Shown: positions 57,507 through 64,000 of the stretch, piece after piece
How the letters are laid out: each line of letters opens with the position of its first letter
Numbering within the stretch: the stretch's first letter is position 1
Source of the DNA: Pseudomonadota bacterium
GTDB lineage: Bacteria; Pseudomonadota; Alphaproteobacteria; UBA11222
Assembly (NCBI GenBank): GCA_049325255.1
Contig: JBMOMW010000026.1
Location: 7,646-71,645 of the forward strand
DNA: 64,000 bases
Direction of reading: 5' to 3'
Position numbers and translations under genes: made by a program
The notes under the pieces: model-generated
What the model was told of the DNA's origin: nothing
Databases searched by the model: none
The model's input: only the letters and a program-made list of their open reading frames with translations

Positions 57507-57803
57507 ATGAAAAACAGAAACCTTGCCATAATTCTCTCCCTTGCCGTCTTCATCGCCGCACAGGCGCTGGGGATTGTGCATGCGGCTGCGTATGGGCCGG
57601 GCAAGCATAAGCATCATGGTCAGGTCTGCGATATTTATCTTTCCACGGATCAGGCGAAGTCCGCCGCGCCCCCGCCGTCGCCAGTTCTGCATGTTCCTGG
57701 CCATAGCGGCTTCGCATTTGTTCTGCCCGTTTCCATTGTGCTTCCGGGCGAAGAATATCCTTCGGCCTTTCCCCGCGCGCCGCCTGCCACTCTCCTTAGC
57801 TAG
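57507..57803 (+). CDS. small secreted His-rich protein (possible periplasmic metal-binding, CzcI/DUF2946-like)
   Basis: 98-aa ORF with signal peptide and GKHKHHGQVC and HVPGHSGF motifs. AAGG 7 nt upstream of the ATG. Confidence 0.4.
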   Translation: MKNRNLAIILSLAVFIAAQALGIVHAAAYGPGKHKHHGQVCDIYLSTDQAKSAAPPPSPVLHVPGHSGFAFVLPVSIVLPGEEYPSAFPRAPPATLLS

Positions 57804-57872
57804 CAAACCATTTTGATCGTAACGCCCCTTCGCGCCCCGCGCGATGGGTGTTTGCTTATCCTCAAGGAGAAT

Positions 57873-59228
57873 ATGATGCGAAACCCATCTTTCGCAGCTT
57901 CGGCTGCGCTCAGCTTGCTATTCAGCCCCCCTGCTTTTGCCGCGTCCGATAGAGAGATCGAGGCCGTAAAAGCGGAAATCCAGTCCATGCGGCAAACCTA
58001 TGAAAGCCGCATCGCGGAACTGGAATCGAAACTTGCGAAAATTGAAAACCAGAACCCCGCCGGGCAACAGGCCGCAGCGCCAGCGCCCGCATCCGCGCGT
58101 GAATCAGCCCGCAATATCCGTGATAACAGCTTTAATCCCTCCATCGGTCTGATCCTCAACGGCAAATATAGCGGCTTTTCCGAGGACAATTCCGCATTTG
58201 CCGGATTTGCCGTTGGCGAAGAAGGGGAGCGAGGAAAGCAGGGTTTTGGGATTGATGAATCCGAGTTCAACTTTTCCTCGAATGTGGATGACAAATTCTA
58301 TGGCAGCGTCACAGCGGCCATCGTCCGCGAAGGGGGCGAGGACAAGATCGAACTGGAGGAGGCCTATGTCCAGACCTTGCCCGGCATGGGGCTGCCCAAG
58401 GGCATGAATGTAAAGGCCGGGCGGGCGCTTTGGACACTGGGTTATCTGAATGAGCATCATGCTCACACGGATGATTTCGCGGACCGGCCATTGCCCTATC
58501 GCGTCTTTCTGAACAGCGCATTCAATGATGACGGGGTGGAGCTTTCCTATGTGCTGCCCACAAACTTCTATTCCGAGATCGGTGGCGGCTTCTTTCGCGG
58601 CGACGATTATCCGTTTGGCGGCGCAAGCGGTGGCGGTTTCGACGCCTGGTCCGCCTTTGCCCGGATCGGCGGCGATATTGGTGACAATCAAAGCTGGCGG
58701 CTTGGCGGCTACGCGCTGTCCGGCGATGCGGGCGGGCGCGCCGGGAACGGGGATGCCGTAAACTTTACCGGCGACAGCAATCTGTATGCGGTTGATCTGC
58801 GCTACACATGGGCGCCAACCGGCAATCCGCGCGCGCAGGAAGTGTTGTTGCAGGGCGAATATTTCTGGCGCAGTGAAGACGGCGCCTATGAGGATTTCGG
58901 GGCTGGAACCGGCGCCGTTCCATTCGATGACAACGCCCGGGGATGGTATGCGCAGGGCGTTTACAAGTTTCTGCCGCAATGGCGGATCGGGTACCGTTAT
59001 AGCAGGTTGAAAACGCCGGACGTCCCACTCGGCCTGTTAGGCAGCGCACTGGATTCCGGCGGTTATAATCCGGACGCCCACGCTGTCATGGCCGACTGGA
59101 CGAACAGCGAGTTCAGCCGGGTGCGCCTGCAATATAATCATGAAGAGCTGACGCGGGGGCAAAACGATGATCAGATCATTTTGCAATATATCATGAGCAT
59201 CGGCGCCCATGGCGCGCATAAATACTGA
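57873..59228 (+). CDS. outer-membrane beta-barrel (porin-like) protein with N-terminal coiled-coil segment and His-rich patches
   Basis: ORF 57813..59228. AAGGAGA RBS then ATG 57873 giving the signal peptide MMRNPSFAASAALSLLFSPPAFA. Heptad-like EIEAVKAEIQSMRQTYESRIAELESKLAKIE. Alternating beta-strand pattern. C-terminal aromatic residue (..HGAHKY). Confidence 0.55.
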   Translation: MMRNPSFAASAALSLLFSPPAFAASDREIEAVKAEIQSMRQTYESRIAELESKLAKIENQNPAGQQAAAPAPASARESARNIRDNSFNPSIGLILNGKYSGFSEDNSAFAGFAVGEEGERGKQGFGIDESEFNFSSNVDDKFYGSVTAAIVREGGEDKIELEEAYVQTLPGMGLPKGMNVKAGRALWTLGYLNEHHAHTDDFADRPLPYRVFLNSAFNDDGVELSYVLPTNFYSEIGGGFFRGDDYPFGGASGGGFDAWSAFARIGGDIGDNQSWRLGGYALSGDAGGRAGNGDAVNFTGDSNLYAVDLRYTWAPTGNPRAQEVLLQGEYFWRSEDGAYEDFGAGTGAVPFDDNARGWYAQGVYKFLPQWRIGYRYSRLKTPDVPLGLLGSALDSGGYNPDAHAVMADWTNSEFSRVRLQYNHEELTRGQNDDQIILQYIMSIGAHGAHKY

Positions 59229-59241
59229 AGGGGGAATGACC

Positions 59242-60153
59242 ATGAAACGCATTCTTCCCCTTATCGTTTTCCTTGGGCTGATGATCGCCGCCCCGCCTGG
59301 TGCGCAGGCAAAAGTCAATCTGTTCGCCTGTGAGCCGGAATGGGCGGCGCTGGCGCGCGAACTGGGCGGTGATGACGTGGAAATATTCACGGCCACCACC
59401 CCCCGGCAAGACCCGCATCATGTGCGCGCCAAGCCCAGCCTGATCGCCGCCATGCGCCGGGCCGATCTGGCCATCTGCACCGGCGCGAGCCTGGAAGTTG
59501 GCTGGTTGCCGATCCTGCTGCAGAAGGCGGGCAACCCCAGCGCCCAGCCGGGCGGCGTGGGTTTGCTGCTTGCAGCGGAGCTTGTTGTGCTGCTGGAAAA
59601 GCCCGCGCGGCTGGATCGTGCGGAAGGTGATATTCACCCTGAAGGCAATCCGCATGTGCACCTCAACCCGCGCAATATTGCGCTGATTGCACAGGCGTTG
59701 ACGGACCGGCTTAAGACAGTTGATGCGGCCAACACCAGATCCTATCAGGCGCGCTTTGATAACTTTGCTGCAAGGTGGCGTGACGCCACGCAACGCTGGG
59801 AACAGCAAGCGGCGGGGCTGAAAGGAACCGCCATTGTAGTGCACCACAAAGCCTTTACTTACCTTCTGGCGTGGCTGGGGATGCAGGAGGCAGGCGTGCT
59901 GGAGGCCAAACCAGGCATTCCCCCAACGGCGTCACATCTGGAAGCGCTGCTGCAAAAACTGGCTTTGAGCCCGGTGCGTCTGATCGTCCGTACACCCTAT
60001 GATCCGGCGGACGCGAGCGATTGGCTTTCGCAAAAAACCGGAGCACCCGCCATTGTTCTGCCGTTTACGGTTGGCGGTGATGCTGGAAGCGGTAACCTGT
60101 TCGCCCTGTTCGACCGCACCATAGCACTGCTGAAGGGCGCCAGCGGTGCTTAG
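59242..60153 (+). CDS. metal ABC transporter substrate-binding protein, ZnuA/TroA (Zn/Mn) family
   Basis: ORF 59209..60153. Likely start MKRILPLIVFLGL at 59242 after a GGGGGA RBS. Metal-site-like DPHHVRAKPS and NPHVHLNP segments. Confidence 0.65.
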   Translation: MKRILPLIVFLGLMIAAPPGAQAKVNLFACEPEWAALARELGGDDVEIFTATTPRQDPHHVRAKPSLIAAMRRADLAICTGASLEVGWLPILLQKAGNPSAQPGGVGLLLAAELVVLLEKPARLDRAEGDIHPEGNPHVHLNPRNIALIAQALTDRLKTVDAANTRSYQARFDNFAARWRDATQRWEQQAAGLKGTAIVVHHKAFTYLLAWLGMQEAGVLEAKPGIPPTASHLEALLQKLALSPVRLIVRTPYDPADASDWLSQKTGAPAIVLPFTVGGDAGSGNLFALFDRTIALLKGASGA

Positions 60154-60922
60154 CGCCGAAATGGCCATGATCATGGCGCCGGCGTTCGTTGCTGGCCTCA
60201 TGATCGCAGTGACCCACGCGCCACTTGGCATTGTGGTGCTTCGGCGGGGCATTATTTTTATTGATCTGGCGATTGCCCAGATTGCAGGGCTTGGCGCAGT
60301 GATGGCAGGTCTGTTCTGGGGCGGGCCGCCATGGTGGATGGTGCAGGGGGCGGCGTTGTCCTGCGCGGTTACGGCTGCTCTTTTTTTCCACCTGGTGGAG
60401 CGTTTTTTGCCGGACCGCCAGGAAGCCATCATCGGGTGCAGTTTTGTAGTGGCTGCGTCAATTGCGATACTGTTGCTGACCGGGCAGCCGCATGGCGATG
60501 AGGCGATGGAACAACTGCTTTCGGGGCAGCTTCTGTTCGTTACCTGGCCGCAAATCGCCCTGCATGCGCCGGTTTATCTGGTCATTCTTGCGCTGTGGTT
60601 TCTGCGCCCGCAAACCCGGCAGGGGGTCTGGTTTTATCTGCTGTTCTCGGCGGCGATCACCTCATCGGTGCAACTGACAGGCGTATTCGTTGTTTTCGCA
60701 AGCCTGATCGCCCCCGCCCTTGGCGCCGTGCGCCATGCCGGAACCCGCCGCGAACTGCTTACGGCGTATGGTATTGCGCTGATTGGGTTGCTGTCTGGCT
60801 TTAGTGTGGCCGTCGGGTATGACCTTCCACTTGGCCCGGTGCTGGTGTGCAGCTTCATGCTGTCAGCACTGTTTGCCGGCGCGTGGCCGTTGAAGCGGGC
60901 CATTTTTGACTCGATTTATTGA
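60146..60922 (+). CDS. metal ABC transporter permease, ZnuB-like (ABC-3 family)
   Basis: 258-aa polytopic membrane ORF overlapping the SBP gene end. No ATPase gene follows. Confidence 0.6.
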   Translation: MLSAEMAMIMAPAFVAGLMIAVTHAPLGIVVLRRGIIFIDLAIAQIAGLGAVMAGLFWGGPPWWMVQGAALSCAVTAALFFHLVERFLPDRQEAIIGCSFVVAASIAILLLTGQPHGDEAMEQLLSGQLLFVTWPQIALHAPVYLVILALWFLRPQTRQGVWFYLLFSAAITSSVQLTGVFVVFASLIAPALGAVRHAGTRRELLTAYGIALIGLLSGFSVAVGYDLPLGPVLVCSFMLSALFAGAWPLKRAIFDSIY

Positions 60923-61006
60923 TGACTTTAACAGTAGTCTACTGGTGCGCAATGCGACTGCTGGGTAAAGTGGCGCGTCAATGCTTTTCAACAGGGAGTG
61001 GATCAC

Positions 61007-62206
61007 ATGGAAGTAGGCTTTTTCGCGATGCCAACCATCGGCAGCCGCAGTGAGATTGAGGGCCGCATGGCCGGAAAGCGCACCGATCTGTATCAGCGCA
61101 TGCTGAAAAATCTGGTGCAGACCGCGCAATATCTGGACGAGCACGGTTATTACGGCATGGGTTTCACCGAGCACCATTTTCATATAGAGGGCGAAGAGGT
61201 TTCGACCAATCCGATCATGCTGGACCTGTATATGGGCCTGCACACCAAGCGGATCAAAGTGGGCCAGCTGGGCAATGTGCTGCCATCGCACAACCCGATC
61301 CGGGTGGCCGAAGATATCGCCATGCTGGACCAGATGACCCAGGGCCGCGCGTTTGCAGGGTTCGCCCGTGGCTATCAGCCGCGCTGGGTGAATGTGCTGG
61401 GCCAGCAGCATAAGGGACAGGAAAACAGCAACGATGCCGAGACCTATGAGGCCCTGAAACGCGAACTGCATGAGGAGCATTTTGACATCATCATGAAGGC
61501 GTGGGGCAATGACACCTTCTCGCACCAGGGCAAGCACTGGAAAATTCCGCCCCCCAATATTCACTGGCCTGCCCATGAGGTAACGCGCGAATTTGGCCAG
61601 GGCGTGGACGCCAAGGGCATCGTGACCGAAATCGGTATTGCGCCATCAACCTATAACAAGCGCATCCCGGACCTGTTCCAGCCGTTCAGCTTTTCGGAAA
61701 AATCGATCAAATGGGCGATGGGAAAGAACATGGTGCCGATCTCCATCGTCTGCGATGTCGAGACGGCGCAGGGGCAATTACGCGCAGCGCAGGAGGGCGC
61801 CGCCGAAGCCGGGATCAAGCTGAAACTGGGCGAACGCATGGGCATGACCCGCGACATCGTGGTCGCCGACACGGATGCCGAGGCGGAAGAACTGGCGCGC
61901 AATGCGGGATCATTTCTGTGGACCAAATTCTTCCAGCCGTTTGGTTTTAACGCCGCGATCACCCGCCCCGGCGAAGATCCGTTCACGGTTGAAAACACTT
62001 TTGAAAGTATCCGTGATCGCGGTCTCATTATATGCGGCAGCCCGGATACGGTGAACCGCAAGCTGGAAACATTGTTCAAGGAACTGTCCTGCGACTATTT
62101 CTGGACCATGACCTATCAGGAACTGATCCCGCAGAAAAACCTGATGCGCCATCTGGAACTGCTGACCACCAGGGTGCTTCCGAACTTTACGAACAAGATC
62201 AAGTAG
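61007..62206 (+). CDS. LLM-class flavin-dependent oxidoreductase (luciferase-like monooxygenase)
   Basis: ORF 60998..62206 with TIM-barrel LLM-like sequence (FTEHHF...). Start at 60998 or 61007. Confidence 0.6.
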   Translation: MEVGFFAMPTIGSRSEIEGRMAGKRTDLYQRMLKNLVQTAQYLDEHGYYGMGFTEHHFHIEGEEVSTNPIMLDLYMGLHTKRIKVGQLGNVLPSHNPIRVAEDIAMLDQMTQGRAFAGFARGYQPRWVNVLGQQHKGQENSNDAETYEALKRELHEEHFDIIMKAWGNDTFSHQGKHWKIPPPNIHWPAHEVTREFGQGVDAKGIVTEIGIAPSTYNKRIPDLFQPFSFSEKSIKWAMGKNMVPISIVCDVETAQGQLRAAQEGAAEAGIKLKLGERMGMTRDIVVADTDAEAEELARNAGSFLWTKFFQPFGFNAAITRPGEDPFTVENTFESIRDRGLIICGSPDTVNRKLETLFKELSCDYFWTMTYQELIPQKNLMRHLELLTTRVLPNFTNKIK

Positions 62207-62215
62207 TTCTCATTA

Positions 62216-62246
62216 CCAGGGCCAGCCGGTGTTGGCCCTGGTTTCC
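62216..62246 (+). terminator. candidate intrinsic terminator after the LLM gene (perfect 8-bp stem CCAGGGCC/GGCCCTGG, 10-nt loop, TTTCC)
   Basis: Read directly. Weak U-tract. Confidence 0.4.
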
Positions 62247-62311
62247 ATCCTTGCGTTTCCCCCGGAACTGGGGTCGAATAAATAAAAATAACCAGCAGGG
62301 AGGGTGATGTC

Positions 62312-63679
62312 ATGACCAGGGAAATCGTACTTCGCAACGCACGGCTGATTGACGGGACGGCGGATCAACCGCGTGATCGCGTATCTATTGTGATGAAGGA
62401 TGGCCGCATCGCATCCGTCACCGATGGTGATGGACCGGCGGGGCCCGGTGCGGAGATTGTTGATTGTTCGGGTAAAACCGTGATGGCCGGGCTGATCGAC
62501 ACGCATGTGCATTCAACCTTTGTAGACCGGACGGACCTGACCCTGTTCCTGGCGGCGGGTGTTACTTCGGCGCGTGATGTGGGGGGCAAACTGGAAAAGG
62601 TTCTGCGGCTGCGCAGCCAGATAAATTCAGGTGAGGTCGTAGGGCCGCGTCTTTTTGTCTGCGGGCCGCTGCTGGATGGCGAGGCGCACAGCTTTGAAGC
62701 GGGCGGCCTGACTGAGATGCTGGACAATATTCCCAATCCTGCCGCAGCATCCGCCAAGATCGCCCACTTGCTGGATTCAGGCGTGGACGGAATAAAAATC
62801 TATTTCACCATGCAGCCCGAAACCGCCAAGGCGGTGATCCGCGCGGTGGACAAGCGGGTGCCGGTCACCGGCCATCTGGGCTACACCACGGCGATGCAGG
62901 CGATTGAATATGGTATTGACGGGCTGGAACATATCTGGATTTCTCCGTACCAGGACATTTGTTCGCTGGAGATGCGGCTGGGCCCGGATGCGTCCATGAG
63001 CAATCGCAGCTTCTGGACCCATACCATCAGGGGCTGGGAGGAAATGAACCTCAAGGCGCCAAACGCCCAGGCGTTCTTTGGCGCCATGGTGGAAAAACAG
63101 GTCAAGATGGGCACGACGCTGGATCTGTTATGGAGCGCCTATACGGGCCTGGAAGGGGCATTGGCGGATCCTGACCGCGCCTATATTCCACCCCATTGCC
63201 TGGCGCGTCAGGCGGCGCAAAACAAGAAGATCAAGGCAGGCAAGGAATGGGATATTCATCCGGGCTACTGGGCGCCCGGCGAAGGCCGCAAGGCGCTGGA
63301 CAAGCAATTGGATGCGGTGCGCATTCTGCATGAGCAGGGCGGCGTCGTGGTCGGCGGCACCGATTGCGGCGGGCTGAATTATCCCCCGCCGGGTTTTGCG
63401 CTGTTGCGCGAAGTGGAGCTGCTGGAACAGGCGATGGGCAGCATGGCGGCGTTGAAAGCGGTGACGGTCGGGGCCGCGCGCGCTGTGCGCAAGGAGCATG
63501 AGCTAGGCAAGGTCAAGCCCGGCTACCATGCGGACCTGCTGTTGCTGGACCGGGATCCTTCGAAAGATGTGCGCGATTTGCGCTCGCTCGATAAGGTGTA
63601 TCGCGGTGGTATGGCGTATGACCCGAAGGTGCTGCTGGCTGCGCGCCCGGTGCGGGATATGACGCTGATCCCCGCATAG
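62312..63679 (+). CDS. amidohydrolase-family protein (metal-dependent hydrolase)
   Basis: 455-aa ORF with N-terminal DTHVH metal motif and C-terminal HxD region. Confidence 0.7.
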   Translation: MTREIVLRNARLIDGTADQPRDRVSIVMKDGRIASVTDGDGPAGPGAEIVDCSGKTVMAGLIDTHVHSTFVDRTDLTLFLAAGVTSARDVGGKLEKVLRLRSQINSGEVVGPRLFVCGPLLDGEAHSFEAGGLTEMLDNIPNPAAASAKIAHLLDSGVDGIKIYFTMQPETAKAVIRAVDKRVPVTGHLGYTTAMQAIEYGIDGLEHIWISPYQDICSLEMRLGPDASMSNRSFWTHTIRGWEEMNLKAPNAQAFFGAMVEKQVKMGTTLDLLWSAYTGLEGALADPDRAYIPPHCLARQAAQNKKIKAGKEWDIHPGYWAPGEGRKALDKQLDAVRILHEQGGVVVGGTDCGGLNYPPPGFALLREVELLEQAMGSMAALKAVTVGAARAVRKEHELGKVKPGYHADLLLLDRDPSKDVRDLRSLDKVYRGGMAYDPKVLLAARPVRDMTLIPA

Positions 63680-63689
63680 CATTTGTGCA

Positions 63690-63727
63690 AAAAAAAGCCC
63701 GGAGCAGACCGCTCCGGGCTTTTTTGT
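63690..63727. terminator. bidirectional rho-independent terminator (AAAAAAAAGCCCGGAGC-AGACC-GCTCCGGGCTTTTTTGT)
   Basis: 8-9-bp GC-rich stem flanked by an A-tract and a T-tract. Lies between convergent genes. Confidence 0.85.
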
Positions 63728-63743
63728 ATGTGACTGCGTTAGC

Positions 63744-64000
63744 TCAGAAAGCGTAGGAAATTGTCGCGGCGGCAAAGTCGCGGTCATTCAGCGGCGCATC
63801 CGGGCCAAAGTTGGAGGTCCAGCTAAGCGAGGCCGCCCAGTTGGCCAGATAGGTGCCGCTGACGCCAATGGTGATGGCCTTGCGTTCCGCCTGATAATTG
63901 CCGAACGGGGCAGGCGTATTGCCGCCGAAATCCCATTTCCAGGCGACGCTGGGGCTGAGGTTTACCGGCGAACCAAAGGCGCGGTTATAGGTCAGCGACA
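63744..64000 (-). CDS. C-terminal part of a putative outer-membrane beta-barrel protein (5' end outside window)
   Basis: The minus-strand frame ends ...NDRDFAAATISYAF then TGA (plus-strand 63744-63746). The terminal aromatic Phe and alternating pattern are typical of OMP C-termini. Absent from the ORF track because no start codon lies in the window. Confidence 0.4.
   Translation of the reverse strand, partial: SLTYNRAFGSPVNLSPSVAWKWDFGGNTPAPFGNYQAERKAITIGVSGTYLANWAASLSWTSNFGPDAPLNDRDFAAATISYAF

Noticed and set aside
57541-57816. Alternative-frame 91-aa ORF overlapping the small His-rich protein gene.
   Set aside because: It overlaps entirely in another frame, has no signal for translation initiation, and is Arg/Pro-rich low complexity. 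The 57507 frame has the signal peptide and RBS.
57310-63727. Genomic island integrated at tRNA-Glu (metal locus, LLM oxidoreductase, amidohydrolase).
   Set aside because: No integrase, recombinase or transposase gene was seen. No direct repeat of the tRNA 3' end was seen within the window. GC content does not look different from the surroundings by eye (not computed). Kept only as a low-priority check in the hairpin finding.

Overview
This window is a chromosomal segment with an alphaproteobacterial character; GC content looks roughly 60% by eye and was not computed. It opens with the 3' end of rpoB and a full rpoC. The classic str-S10-spc-alpha ribosomal superoperon follows: rpsL, rpsG, fusA, tuf, rpsJ through rplO, secY, adk, rpsM, rpsK, rpoA, rplQ. 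Next come housekeeping genes: a DegP-like protease, rarA, crcB, an RluC/D-like pseudouridine synthase, asmA, a nudix-cysK-sseA-GNAT sulfur operon, an SDR, rnd, aspS, the B12-dependent class II ribonucleotide reductase nrdJ, and an NDUFA12/MlaD/methyltransferase/DUF2155/aat block. A minus-strand operon follows (ridA, GDPD, DUF482-type GNAT, HIT, aroQ, accB, accC), then aguA, a GGDEF cyclase, and the cell-cycle response regulators divK-pleD. The window ends with tRNA-Glu(CUC), a putative metal-uptake locus (small His-rich secreted protein, coiled-coil beta-barrel OMP, ZnuA/ZnuB-like), an LLM oxidoreductase and an amidohydrolase. No transposases, integrases, phage genes or CRISPR arrays were seen; the region looks core rather than accessory. 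The most unusual items are: (i) an OlsB-like N-acyltransferase fused to a cyclic-nucleotide-binding domain; (ii) two inverted copies of a ~115-120-bp palindromic repeat bracketing a five-gene block next to nrdJ; (iii) a perfect DnaA box in an AT-rich leader upstream of nrdJ; (iv) the tRNA-adjacent metal-uptake-like locus that lacks an ABC ATPase gene. All calls come from reading the translations and sequence by eye. No database search was run.
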